DNA of 63,295 nt, filler included, from Neolecta irregularis DAH-3 (lineage: Eukaryota), in NCBI GenBank assembly GCA_001929475.1. It is 10 parts of 10 records of this genome, joined end to end, with 100 filler letters (N's around TTAATTAATTAA, not from the genome) between each part and the next. Parts side by side here need not be neighbours in the genome. Positions count along the whole stretch, not along the records: positions 25,374 to 28,778 come from LXFE01000615.1; positions 28,879 to 42,723 come from LXFE01000616.1; 8 more parts are not named here. The stretch is one strand, 5' to 3'. Shown here piece by piece: positions 26,440-39,811 of the stretch; the first letter of the stretch is position 1, and the number at the start of each line of letters is the position of its first letter. The notes beneath the pieces are model-generated. The model had not been told where the DNA came from. It searched no databases and saw only the letters and a list, made by a program, of their open reading frames with translations. The translations under genes and the position numbers were made by a program.

Positions 26440-27221
26440 CAGTCGCGAGTAATCTGACATGACACGTTTCTTCACGTTTCCAGCTACAACGATAAACCTC
26501 CTTCACTTATATCATGTTTCTCACCCGGCGTTGGTGGACGTCACACCACGCGGTCGGCCAAACCAACAACGTGCCTCTGCGTTTAACTGTGAAGAACTAG
26601 GTCCTGGGATCCACCCGGCCAGCCACAGTCTCTCGCATTTAACCCTATCCATTCTACATCAAGATAAAAAAGTGCCATGACAACCATAAACATATAAGCT
26701 TACAGTTGTATATGCTTACAGGTGCAATGGCACTTCTGCCAAACTCAAACCCTGTATAGATACTCTTTAAATACCAATGATTTCTTATTCTATGACAATG
26801 GAACTACATGAGTGTGCCCAATATGATTGAAAAAGCATATTTTTTCTGCTTGCACTACAGCTGCAAGCAGTGTCGCCCCCATATACTTTTCCATTATCCT
26901 CCAAAGCATCATACTCAATATCACAATATTACAAGTACCACAGGGCTACTCATACTTCAAACAGACTCAGTACTCCAACTGCACAGGGAACAGTGGCAAT
27001 ACCCAGCAACACAAATATTTATATCTCAGCCACCACTGACTCAATCGATCAGCCAAAGTTTCTCCAAGACTGGAGTGCCTAGGACTAGAGGCTGTCTCAA
27101 GGAAAATTACTTCAGAGTCTCAGACAGTATTTTTTCGGAGAACAAAAGCTTTTGTTTTCATTATCAATAGCACACTTGCAACTCACTACGAGGGCACCCT
27201 TGTAACAACAATCAAGGTAGA

Positions 27222-28043
27222 TTGCATAATTTCAGGAAGCTGTTGGAAGTGGGAACCCAGCGTCACCCTCTTTTGAACGGCAAATTTATCGACACTGTAG
27301 AATCATGGGCACAGCTTTCAAGTTATGGAGAAACATTTTCGGAAGACTTCGACACTATCGTAATGACTTTTCTCGCGATATTCAGCAAGGATGCTCATCA
27401 AGTTGTGAACACTATTTACGATCCAACCGCCAAGATCCTTTTCATCCAAACACGAGATGTCTACCTGCTTGTCGTTTCACTCGGCCCTGGCCATTACGAA
27501 ATATTAATGCATATTCAATCAGAAAAGAATCTTGTGCAAATTTCGCTAGCACCTGAAGATTTCGACCCTGACCAGACGAATCCTGCTTTGGAGTTATTTC
27601 GAAAAGCAGTGGATCGTGTTGATCAGGATGCTGAAATTCCTGATGAACCAGACAGGAATACGACTATTGACTGCAGCGCAAATGACGGACAAGACTTTGC
27701 AGCACTCGTAATGGCGAACGTAGCAAAGGCACTCCTTCAACCTCTATCTTTCTTAACATCGGAAGATTCGATTCAGTCACTTGGAGACGAAGTAAATTTT
27801 TATCGCGATATCGTAACAGTAGTGCTCTCTGGCGCATATGGGATTTACGATGGTCCGTACCATACGAGTTTGTCCCAAAGACTCACAAATGGCGATTTCG
27901 CAGATATTAATATTATCACCACTGGGTCCAACAGCCCGTCCAACAACCCGGGCGGACGGGCGTTTGGGGGTTTTGCTAGGTCCAACAGCCCTGGCGGGCG
28001 GGTGTTTGGGGGGATTACTAAGCCCGTCCACCGAATGGGCTGA
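27222..28043 (+). CDS. Hypothetical lineage-specific protein (273-aa ORF, start uncertain, possibly decayed at 5')
   Basis: Long open frame with protein-like composition and no recognised motif. It starts at a non-ATG codon. Confidence 0.4.
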   Translation: MHNFRKLLEVGTQRHPLLNGKFIDTVESWAQLSSYGETFSEDFDTIVMTFLAIFSKDAHQVVNTIYDPTAKILFIQTRDVYLLVVSLGPGHYEILMHIQSEKNLVQISLAPEDFDPDQTNPALELFRKAVDRVDQDAEIPDEPDRNTTIDCSANDGQDFAALVMANVAKALLQPLSFLTSEDSIQSLGDEVNFYRDIVTVVLSGAYGIYDGPYHTSLSQRLTNGDFADINIITTGSNSPSNNPGGRAFGGFARSNSPGGRVFGGITKPVHRMG

Positions 28044-28549
28044 AGTAGCTCGGTTGTGCAGGTCGGATAAAAGGAACAGAGAGATAAAGTGTAGAACGTA
28101 CTATATTGTGTCAAATTTATCATGACACTGAGCCTTACTAACCCAATTCGCAGTGATGAAGTGATGTTTGCTACAGTGGCCGGTAATCCAATTGCATGAA
28201 TTTTACACATTCTATATTTCCACGATCGTATGATGCTGTTGATTCGTTTGGGCGGAACTCTATTTTCTGGGAGATGGGGAAGGGGAGGGATTGAAGAGGG
28301 TGGTTTAGAGTTAGCGCACAAGTTTTTTAAACAAACGTCTTGTCGAAGAAGAGTCTTCAACATGGGGACACCAACGACTATAAAAGCGATAATCATGCTC
28401 CATAACGGCGGAGTCATAAGCTCCCAAACAGCCGAACTGAACCGTTTGATCCAATGTCTTTGATCAGTCCGAAGAAAAACAAACGATTCAGTGTCAAGTT
28501 TAAAGGCATTTCCCGAGTGTCCTACGCGCTATATCGTTTTCGTCTCAAA

Positions 28550-28755
28550 TCAAAGTTCCGCGCACTATTTGCCGATCCTCTGCCACTCTTCCCAAATACC
28601 CTTGAAAACAGCACGCCCACTTGTATCCAATGCACTCATAACCATCCCCCGTTCATGGTCACCCATCACTCCAAGCATTTCCCAAATACCCTCTATTCCC
28701 GCCTTGGATGGTGCCCGAAGCTGAGTATGGACGTACTCGATTATAATCCAGTAGG
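28550..28755. repeat. Dispersed direct repeat copy 2 (copy 1 at 26257-26439)
   Basis: Same blocks as copy 1 with two short insertions. Ends near the gap at 28779. Confidence 0.92.
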
Positions 28756-28878
28756 TATGTTTGGCAACAGCCTTTGAANNNNNNNNNNNNNNNNNNNNNN
28801 NNNNNNNNNNNNNNNNNNNNNNTTAATTAATTAANNNNNNNNNNNNNNNNNNNNNNNNNNNNNNNNNNNNNNNNNNNN

Positions 28879-29325
28879 CTATCTTCCACATAGGTGCTAT
28901 ATATACATGATACTTAGTGTCTACGCTATACCTCTCTCATACGCTGAGGGAGTCTCCGCTCTCTGTACAGATATCCAGGTTTACCTCAAGGGAGTATCTC
29001 CGTTACACTCACTGCTTTACGACACGTCCACTACCTGACCCGATCCGCAAATCCACCAATTATGATGGTACCGGTAATCAAGAGAAATCTAAGCAAAGAG
29101 CCAACAATGAATGCTATAATTGGGGACTGCCAGGGTACTATGCAAGAGCCTGCCTGAAAGGACGGAGCAAGAATGTAAGCTATGCGCTTAGAAGTACGAT
29201 AAGACCAGGTGTTCTAACTAGCCTAAGTATTCGTACTTCTTACAAAGGGACATACCAAGCCTAAGTGCATTTATATACTTCCCGTCAAGCAACCTTGCCG
29301 TATTGGTAAGGTATACCACACAGTT
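28879..29325 (+). mobile_element. Degenerate retroelement-like remnant: zinc knuckle followed by a TGTAAG-initiated LTR-like module
   Basis: ECYNWGLPGYYARAC is a mutated CX2CX4HX4C. The downstream non-coding motifs recur at about 46780-46960. Confidence 0.55.
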
Positions 29326-30198
29326 TAGGTAGTCTAAAAGATGGTCAGCTATATAAAACTAAAAAACTATAAAACGATACAAACTTTGTTGAAAGTGATA
29401 ATGATTTCTTCAGATTCAAAAGCAGATATATACCGGTGGTACCGGGGAAACTAAACTCATGACACCTTTCTACATTACCGCTTTTTATTTCCACAAGGTC
29501 ACTTGTTTGCAGCGGGGGTGTTGTTTTAGTTCGATTTGTAACCGTAGCGTCGGCTTTAACAATGACGCAGCCTAAATCAAATAACTTGCATGAATTCCAG
29601 ACTCCGCTTCTCCAACAACCATTCATGTCTGAGGAGCAGCGAACATTCACATTTGCTACTGGTACCCATCCTCATTCTGCCCAAGTACTAATCCCACACC
29701 AGCTGCAAGCGACATGCGGTTCCCACATACAAATCAAGTTCCCTCTTTCATTTTTGCATGTTCTGTCTTACTTACAGACAAAACATTGTCACCAGAACTT
29801 TCTCGATTTTAAAAGGTCTGTTTTGGTCATTCTTTCTCGCTGAGGTTGTAGATGTGAACAGGCAAAGGGTAAGGATTATAAACCTTGCATACAGTTCTTC
29901 AGGGCGTATATGTCGTTCTCCTATACTTTGCTAAATACAGATACCGATCTTTGTGTCCTACGTCATGGGTAGATTTATTCTCGATGACATGATACGGCAT
30001 TGATTTTTATAGACAGATAAGTGGGAATCAGAAATTGAGGAAGTAAGATTTTGCATGATTGATATTTTGCTTATTATAGGGAAAGTATCCTTACGATCTA
30101 GAATGAACATTTGCAATTATCAATTGTCTTGTTCAAGGCTATAAAATCAGGAATTGCAATTATTTCAGCAAACGATCAACTCTGTTCTAAAATATTCT

Positions 30199-32042
30199 TC
30201 ATGCTTTGTATAACATATCGTTATAACCGATTGCAAGATCTTCTATTACCATGTGCGGCACACTTCCGGCTACTCCATACAACATCGCCTGCTGTCCAGC
30301 TTGTCTAGGCTTACCTTGAATCTTGAGATCTTCAACAACATCTTTGAGGTCCGCAATAAAGGTATCAACAACTGGGACGGTCAGCATCGTACAAGCTATG
30401 TGAACTGCAGGCGGTGATTGTAGAGCATTCAATGCCCATCCCCGACTGTGGAGCATAATATCTGCAACATCGTAAATATTGAGTGTTTCTGACATGAATG
30501 CGACGACGGAAGCCAATGGTTGTCCCACTATGTCAATATCAGGAATCGTATCACGGATGGCGGATTCGATTTTTTTAGCAGCACCCACGATCGCCCGGCA
30601 AGATGCAATGTATCCAGACTCACCTTGACTCATAAGAGATGCCCAACATCCAGCTATCAAAGCACCAGGCCTATACATTAGAAATGTTGAATCCCAACTT
30701 GGTTTACCTTGACCCAGCTATAGAAGGACTTGCATATACACCACCCGGCCATGAAGTCGTAATAAAGTACTGATGCCTTCGAAGTTGTTTATCCCGATAC
30801 ATGATAACCGAATTCCCTTTTGGTGCGAATCCATATTTGTGTGTATCACAAGAAATACTAGAAACACCATCTAGCCCGAAATCAAATGGTTCTGAAGGAA
30901 ATCCTGCTTTCTCGAGGAACGGCATAATAAAAGATCCGAGGCACGCATCGACGTGTAAAGGAACATGTTTCTTCAGTGCAAGTTTACTTAGCGCAGAAAT
31001 ATTATCAATGATTCCATGAGGGAAATTAGGTGCTGATCCTGCAATCTAGCCGGTTAGATAATATGGAAATATTAGAATACTAATATAGTGTTCTTGTTAA
31101 TCAAGCGACTCATTGCGTTTATATCGACCTTTCTAGTAACTGGGTCTATTGGCACATGATGAATCTTAATCTTGAAGTAATGTGCTGCTTTATCAAAGGC
31201 TGCATGGATGGTAACAGGAACAACCCTTTCTTGTGAGAAAAACCTTTTATGGAAAACAATACATTTCAGGCTCGGTGACGCCTCGATCATGATATGCCTT
31301 CTCTCGAAAACATTTACATGCCATCAGAATCGATTCTGTGCCCCCACTTGTCGTGGTTCCCCCTGCATTAGGAGGCGCATTATACATGGCAAGAACCTGT
31401 TTAATAAGCATTTTAGCACAGTTTGTTCTCACCATTGCCACGACTTCCGCTTCCATTTTGCGGACACCGGGAAATGCGTCCGGGTGTAATGGATTACTCA
31501 TTGAAAACATCTCACATGCCCGAAGCATAATTGCAGAATGTTCCTTGCCGCCATGATAAACTGCCCCAGAAACCCTACCATTCTCCCAGTCTAGTGCTTT
31601 CATTTCCAAAAGTCTTGTCGTTAATATCGAGAATCTAGTAGAATATACTTGACTAGTTCTTGGGTGATTTGCTCTTCTGTGAAACCGTTCTTGGGTAGCG
31701 AGAGATATCTTGTCACCCCTTGAGGAATCATTTTATTTTCCATGTCATTCAGAGTTTTCTTGATATCACGGTCAACTCGATTCTTGATTCCGGGCACATT
31801 TTTCATAATCAAGGTTGAGCAATAGCGAGACAAACATGAAAATAGCCGCTGGCCCATTAATTACATTTCGTCCCGGTGGATCAAACCTGGGCGGAACCAA
31901 GTGGACCGTATCCCTTGACTTGTCTGTATCCTTTTGCAGACCAGCGGAGCAAAAATAACAAAAAGATGACATTTCGGAATTGCCCCACGATCAAGGAGAT
32001 CTTTTCACTCCAGGTCGCCTGTTGTAGAACCTTTCTTATCAT
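30199..32042 (-). CDS. DPL1: Sphingosine-1-phosphate lyase (PLP-dependent), multi-exon
   Basis: [60 protein letters not shown] (PLP lysine), GSRPGA. Confidence 0.97.
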
Positions 32043-32555
32043 CTTGAAATATGGCCCCCTATTGCGTTTTAGTTGGACAAAATCCACCAGGATCAATGTG
32101 GACTGGTGTGAGTGTTGTTGAATAATTCCCTTGTTAAGGAAATAACCAATATACACTATTTATTAGTTTTTTCCGAGTCCAGTCTGTCTGGCTAGTCCAG
32201 GCAGATTTACTTTAATAGTTGATAATACAAAAACATCTTCCTCTGGGCCTCCAGTTCCTGTTTTCCATCTATTTTATCTAGTTGATCACACAAAACATCT
32301 TCCCCTGGACCACCTATTCCTATTTCCCTGTATCCACCACTTCTTCCCGCTATGGGTTCCTCATGCCCTAGCAATTGCTGCAGTTGGTAAGTATGGTTGC
32401 TTTCGGCCGAGTGGAGACCCTACAACTGGGAGAAGAAAGACAATGCCGATCACAGCCGTATATCACAGTTACTGCATGTACAAAATGATCTGGACCCCAT
32501 AAAAACCCTCGTTCCTTCAAGGTGATCAATTATTTTTTCACAACTCGTGGTGATA

Positions 32556-32807
32556 TCAATTTCCTTCCACGTAAAATCCAGCTGGAGGTTTTCTCAAACG
32601 CTTTGCTTCAGCAGGGGAGACAGCCTTTGAGACCTCCTCGACTCTTACAAGCTCCTTGACTTTTAGGATCATTCCAACTGTCTGCTGGTTGACTGGATAA
32701 CAAACCGTTTGCATCCTTTTTCGCAATCCAAGAGATTCAAGAACTCGGCGCGTAGTTTTTTTGGGTAGACCGATAGCCGAGCGAATCAGGGTTACTTTAA
32801 AAAACAT
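32556..32807 (-). CDS. MRPL33: Mitochondrial ribosomal protein uL30m (Mrpl33)
   Basis: [46 protein letters not shown]. Confidence 0.93.
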   Translation of the reverse strand: MFFKVTLIRSAIGLPKKTTRRVLESLGLRKRMQTVCYPVNQQTVGMILKVKELVRVEEVSKAVSPAEAKRLRKPPAGFYVEGN

Positions 32808-32969
32808 GTCTAGCTGTTAAATGAGAATGAGACGAGCATGAGAAAGATGTACTTGTTGAGAGTTCGTAGCCCAACTCTGATTTTGGAAAGAATTCGTTCC
32901 GGTCGTGGCCGACTCCCCACAACAAAGCCATACCCGTAAACGAAAGCCAATAATCCTTCGTGTATTTCT

Positions 32970-35402
32970 ATGAACCGAGAATATTCGAGTTTGTCTGTCC
33001 AGCGGTTTGAATTACTTTTGGAATTGTCAACTTACAACCAGTGTCGGGGAACTTCTTCGTCAGCCAGATGTACATTGCCCCATAACAGAGTATTGACAGA
33101 AAAGGACCTTGATAAAATAGGTTTGTTAAAGGCCCGCTTTCTGCGTGAGAAAGTTGCTGTCGAGGCTCAGCTCAAAGCCGGCGTCAAGACTCAACTGGAT
33201 ACAACTCAGGTAAACAATGGGTTTTTAAATACTAAGATACAGTCTGGTCTCGATGAACTCGATGGAAGTCATAAGCATTTACTCGCTATTAGAGAAGAGA
33301 TGATGAAGGTTCATCTCTGATTTGATTTGTTTAACGCAAGATTGATAAATTGTGCGCCGAATCTCAATTGATGGTCAAAGATTTTCCACTAATTCGTCGA
33401 GTACATCTCCTGGAACTATCCCAGATCTCAACAGCTAGATATCTAAAATACATCGCAATTTTGCTGCTGTGCAGGATATGGTCACTCAGCTTGAAGAGAT
33501 GCATACCAATCTTGATACGGTTCAAGCGCTATTAATTGAAGATGACGATGGTTGTGGATTTTTCAATCTCTGTTCTAAACTTTAGATGAGGAACTGAAAA
33601 TGAGTAATCTTTTGGCCATCCATTTTATCATTTCTCGACTTCAAGGTTTTCAGAATGACGCTAGACAACAAGCTCTCAAGACTGACGAAAGTATTCAGAA
33701 AACACTAGATCGGTACTTCGAACGACTTGACGAAATGACAGATATTTTTCACGATAAATTATGGAAGATATGCCTCTATATTCTTGACCTAATTCGCGAC
33801 AATAACACTAGCTTGGTCGTTAGGATTGCCAAGATCATCGATGTCGAAGAGCGGAATGACGAAAAAGCTTTAGCTCTTCAGGATGCTCGCTCCAATCACC
33901 GCGAGCTTGCTTCCAAATTCAGTGTTGTGCAATCCGTTACTCGCCTTGTACGGCATTACAAGCAAAAATTCTTTGAAGCCATCAACACTTCAATCTGTAC
34001 AAAATTTGTGGATCAGGCCAATGGGGGAGGTCATAGTGTTCTTTTGGACAACTATGACTGGATCTTTGATGACTTGACGCTCGTACGAGATCGACTTACA
34101 CATTTAGTTCCTTCCACATGGAACATCGTTGATGAATATGTGAAATTCTATCATACTAACGTATACAACATACTTAATGCCTTATTGGCTGCAGAGCCCG
34201 ATGCTGCAACTAATTTACGGATCTTAGAATGGACCAAGATGTATTATTCAACAATGACAAAGGAAATCCGTATTCCAAAATCTCAACTTGAGCCGAAATT
34301 GCTGGATGGAAAAGAATCACAACTTATGGACGACTACTTACAACTCATTGTCAGCAAGGTCGAGGAATGGATGTCTAATCTCGCGGTATCCGCTACGAAA
34401 GAGTTTACTGCGCGAACAGAGCCACCCGAGATTGATGGCGATAACCTGTATGGTATGCAGGGTGCCGTAATCATGTTTCAAATGATAAGTCAACAAATTG
34501 ACGTTGCTCTTGATAGCGGGCAGGGAAAAATCCTGGCGAGTGTCGTCCATGAATCAGTATCCGCGATGAAGAAGCGTCAAGAGGGTTGGCAAACACTCCT
34601 GTTATCCGAAGTTGAAAAACAAATCGAGACCCCGCAGGAAATCCCACCAGGGTTGGTCGAGTATATAATCGCACTGGCAAACGATCAAATTCGAAACGCT
34701 GATTATACGGAAGCCATATCAACACGTCTAGGGCCGCTCGTTAGTCAAAAGTATGCCACCCCAATTACAGAAAGTCTTAGCGGAGCTATCGATGGATTTT
34801 TGGATCTCGCGAAAGATTGTGTCTCAGTTTTGATTAGACTTGTTTTTAACGATCTCAAAGTCCCTTTCTCTTCAATCTTTACTTCGACATGGCATGGTGG
34901 TAACGATATGACATTAGTCGTCTCTACATTCCAGGAATATTTAGTCGATTTCAACGCTCATTTAAATGAAACCTTGTCAGAAATCCTGATCGAGGACTTA
35001 TTGCAAATGTTTCTCGTAAACTACGTTACAGCTATACATAATAAAGGTGCCAAATTCACTATACCACAAGGCCTCGAGCAGATCCGGGAAGATGTTCGCC
35101 AAGCTTTCCTTTTCTTTGTCGATTATATACCAAGTGAAAATCTGCAGTATCATTTTGAAATTGTCGAGAGTATTCTCACGCTCCTTTCCGTTCCCAAAGA
35201 AGGGTTCTTCGTCAACTTTGATCGTCTGACAGAGAAATATTGGGATACCCCAGTGTGGATAATGGAAGACTTGTTGAAGATTAGAGAAGACCTTGATAAG
35301 GGTGGGCGAAAAGATCTTTTAGAATATGTTCGGAGACGAAGAAAGGATTTAGATCAAGTGGCGAGAGAAGAAACAATCATGGCAAGGCTCGTGAAGACAT
35401 AA
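32970..35402 (+). CDS. SEC6: Exocyst subunit Sec6, multi-exon
   Basis: Spliced N-terminus VGELLRQPDDLDKI..REKVAVEAQLK, then LVVRIAKIIDVEERNDEK, MFQMISQQIDVA, GLVEYIIALANDQIRNADYTE. Confidence 0.94.
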
Positions 35403-35459
35403 TGTTGAAATTCGTACGACCCTCCGAAAGTGGATTAACTGGAGTTTGGAAGTATTTAT

Positions 35460-38400
35460 TTATTGGTTGGCAATCTGTTCTACTATCTGTGCATAATTCT
35501 TTTGCAATGTACTTTCCAGTGCACCACCGTCTTTGATGAACTGTGCGGCAGACAATGCATACTCGCACCAACGATGACAATCAGTGAAGTTGGACGCGCT
35601 ACAATTTAGTTAGTTTGCATTAAATTCTAAAATACCAGAATAAATCAACGGCATGATTCCAAACAATTGATGATAATAGTTGAATCTCATCCTGTGGATA
35701 GTTATCCTAGTAAAATTAGGAAGAGTGATGCTATTTTTGACCTTGTGGTCTCTGATAGTCTGCAATGCTAGAGGGAAAATTTCATTTGCGGCATTTGATC
35801 GACTGGATAAAGATAGATCTAGTAGAATACGAATCCAACGACTGATTGTTGGAAGACCAAACTCGGTTACATGTGTTATTGAGTAAATGAATATCGCCTG
35901 GATATTACTTTGCTTCCTAGAAAATCTCAACATACACGCAGACCTTCGAAAGAAACTTATATTCAGTACACTAGATCAGTCGATGACAAACCTGCAGTAG
36001 GACAAGACATGCCCGATAAGGCATTAGCCACGCTCTCAATCGTAGAAGATGAAAGTCTTCTAGAAAGAGCCACCTATGCATTAAAAATATAATCCACGTG
36101 GATCCCTACTTCGACAATCATAATGACATCAGGCCAGTTCTTAAAATGTATGGCAGCTTCAAGGTCATAGATTAGGACCACACCATATTTAGAAGTCAAA
36201 GAGGGGTCTAACTTGTTGTACTCCGAAAGATCATCGCCGAGAAGATCCCATTCTGTTTTAAACTGGGCAACCTGCGACTGAACCTGATGGTAGAAATTGG
36301 CCTACAACCTTAATCTCTTTTTGCACTACTAGTCTATGAAAAACCTTTCGGGTGATATGCTCTTCAGCCCGTGCCTCGAAAGAAGTCGCAGTCATAGAAA
36401 CATATAGACACATTAGTCTGCGTAATATTAACGATTTGTCATTCAGATCATTTTCTCTTTGAAGTTCCAGAAACTATGTAATCAGATATGTGTGTGTAGT
36501 AAGATGCCTTGAGGGTTATGTTCGAAATACGCGATACGAGTGGAGGTTCCCAATCTCGACACCCTTTGACGAGAAGATTGAAAGAATTGCAAGAGAACCA
36601 AGTAAGCTCGTGTTGGTTGAAAGACTCCTCCAAAGGCTGAGTATTGTTCTTTGACAAACGATTGTTGAATCCAATAGCTAGAGAAATGAGGGTTGTAAAA
36701 GAATTAAAAAAACCTTGTTCAAATAACTCGCAGATTGTAACGACAATCTCTGGCGGTGAGGAGGTCTGTATTTCATGTATTGTCAATCTCAGAATACATC
36801 GAATTAAACCAAAGACTCGAATACCAGGTATTTTCTGGTCTGCACGTAAGCGAGAGAGAATTTCTTTAAGTATTTCAACTGTAACTTTTTGTTTCTTTAT
36901 GCTTTGTGCATCTAAAGCGCAAACATTCAGAATATTCGGTGTAAATCCAGGAGCATCGCAGAGCATACGCAAGTGATTCATTGCTATAAGATGAAAAGGA
37001 ATATCAGTTTGCAAGCTTACCGTCTTTGTCGTCGTTGGACAATAGAGAGATTTTGTAAAAAAGATAGTGAGTGGTAGCACTCATTCTCGTTTCTCTCAGA
37101 GAGCTCAGAATTTCTTTCGCCTCTCCGTAACGATGGAGTTCAATAAAACAGAGTATTAAACGTCTACATGAGTGGATCAACAGGTTAAAGGTATGGAGTA
37201 CCTTGCTATTTTATTATCATTATTTCCAGAATGTGACATCAAGCAATGACGGGCTATTGCAAACCAGATAGCGGCAGACTCGTATTTACATTGATTATAA
37301 TAGCTTTCCGCTACCTTCCAAAGGAGCTTTAAAATCAGTCAAGTTGAAAAAGAATTAGTCACGATTTGTATTGAATGGGATGTTTTCTCACTGATCTTAC
37401 TCTCCAGTTGCCGTTCCACCGCTGAAGAATGAGATTGGATCGATCAAACTACCAACCATCCAATATCTTGATGAGGGAATCGGCCGACATGTCAACTTCA
37501 TGTTGTATGACCCTTGTGCTATACCACACACGAGTTACGAGGACTCTTTCGAGAATTGGTTGAAATTCCTTCCCCAATAATCGTGTCATGAGCATGCTAT
37601 CAAGCAGCTTTGTCCCATGGTCAAAGCTGCATTTCAGCATTTGTGATGATTGGATAGAATACTTGCATTCAACAACTGGAGTTATACGAGAAAGGATACT
37701 ATGACGTCAACATATAGAAGGAAACTAGACATACCAATCCACGTTGTGCTCGTTCATATTCAAAGAAGTAACCATGGCAGTAAGCGCTTCCCAATAATGT
37801 GCATCTAAGGTAACGACTTCTCCTTCAGCCCGCCTCGAATCGCCATTTTGCATAGCCTCGAGGAAGTTGAGACGAGTCATATGCGTGTTCAGTCTCTTGG
37901 GGTACGTCTACAGCGTTAGTAATGCCGAGGAATCTCTTCAGAGGTTGAAACTTCAAGCATTATATCAATCAAAACTTGAATTTTCTCACAATCATCTTCG
38001 GTTCTCCGGGCTATATATGCGCTCGCTAAAATTCTTAGTCCGGGTAGATTTCTCAGAGTGTCACCTAAACCGTGAAGTATGCTAAACTGAAGATCTAAAT
38101 TGCTGGCTTCGCGAGAAGATTCTTGAATGATGTCGAATCCTCGACGATACCAGCGTATTGCGGGATCTAGGGACTTGCCATTCAGGTATGACTGCCCAAG
38201 CGTATTCAGGACCTCCACAGCGAATTCTTTTGTTCTCGAGTCGACCAATATCCATATTGATCGGTCTTGGCTTCAGTTATTGGGGCCCTAAAGAACACAC
38301 CAGTAGCTTTGGAATACATATAATCCGCCACAGAATCGTTTAACTGGGCACAAGCCTTCATCTTAGCAGGTCTAGATTACAGTTTCCTTACCACTCTTGT

Positions 38401-39200
38401 TCGTTCCATAAAGTATTGACAAGTCAAGGAGGCAAAGTCTGTTTCTGCTTCCTTGCTACTCTCTCTGGTAAACTGAGATAGCCTTGTTTGGTACTGTCGT
38501 CAGACCTGAAATTCAGGGAATGAGGTCTACGTCGGCGGCATATTCCAAGATTCTCAAACATGTGCCTAAGCGATTCTGAGATAGTGATGCTCTACTAGCC
38601 TTGATGGATGACATCAATGCTCTACGTACAGCTGAATAGATTTAAAAAGGCCCTGGTAAAGTGAATATACCCTTCTCATCTTTCTTGTTCGTTCCCGAGA
38701 TGAGCAAATAAAAGCCAATTGTTTTTACTAAGAGCATTCAGAATTGAACTGATATCAAGGTATACAAGAAGTATAGACATCCTTTTTGTCCGAGTCCTCA
38801 GTTGTCCTACCAAGTGATACTGACAGATTCCATAGCTTAATTCCTGTTTTTTCAGTCTCAAATATATGGATACTGAAAAGGCACCAACTGCGGCTACACC
38901 CATGTTCTCGAGTGATAAATTTCTGCTGATTGCCATGCATTTATCTAGTTTCTCTGATAGTTCGTTGATCTCGTCATTGATATGATCAATCTCCGAATTT
39001 TGTATGAGACGTTCGATCAAAGAGCAGGTCTGTTCTATGTTGAGGGTATCTGAGCCTCCTAGTCGGAGCAAAGTAGACAAACCAACCTTTAATTGCCTGC
39101 CATTGCTGGAGAAGTGGAGCAGAAATGCGGTCTTTAGCTTTGAAAATCTCCATTTATTAATATCAGATAATATCGGAGAAGAGGCGCGAATGGAGTTGCA
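35460..39200 (-). CDS. SPO22: Meiotic TPR scaffold Spo22/Zip4 (TEX11-like), many exons; 5' end approximate
   Basis: AVEVLNTLGQSYL..AIRWYRRGFDII..LQFSILHGL, LLWKVAESYY..AAIWF, ELTWFSCNSFNL and C-terminal RWCEYALSAAQFIKDGGALESTLQKNY match fungal Spo22 features from memory. Confidence 0.8.
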
Positions 39201-39811
39201 CGTGCCATATCTTTCTCAAATAGGTACGATTATTATTTTGTAACATTTTGTATTTCTAACTTGCTCATGAGATTGCGCATCAGATAATCAATGAAACGAG
39301 ATGGTTTTATGTGGTGAGTTTTTGAAAGTCTTCAAGTGAATGAATTGTTGAATCGTGAGGTGTTATTACGAATGGGAAGATATCACCCTCTTAAATGAAG
39401 AGCCAAGTCATATCTTCACAGTAACGAATCGAATCATTCTCACTTCTTCTTTACTGGTTTTATCTGGGATCTATTTATTATCAGTCGTTTACTGCGATAT
39501 ATGCCAGGCGATTCTAGAGCGATTCGATGTGCGTACTATACACCTTGACGAATAAATAGGAGATATTTATCGAAAGAATATGACTTATAGATATAACCGT
39601 TGATCTCATATGAATGCTCTCAGTGACCTTGTACGGTTAAGTAGCATGCAACGACGAGAAAAACGAACAGGTATTTTAGTAAATCATGTGAAAAGTTTTA
39701 TTTACCCGTTACTTCAATTATCTATAGCTTCATGAAGGGCGAATATTATTTGTAGTACATCATTATACTGTGGTATATGTATACGACATTATTTTAGACC
39801 AAACACTGACA

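Noticed and set aside
32385..32395. ATACTTACC on the minus strand resembling the U1 snRNA 5' end
   Set aside because: It continues AA rather than TG and no U1 stem-loops follow. It is just the complement of GGTAAGTAT.
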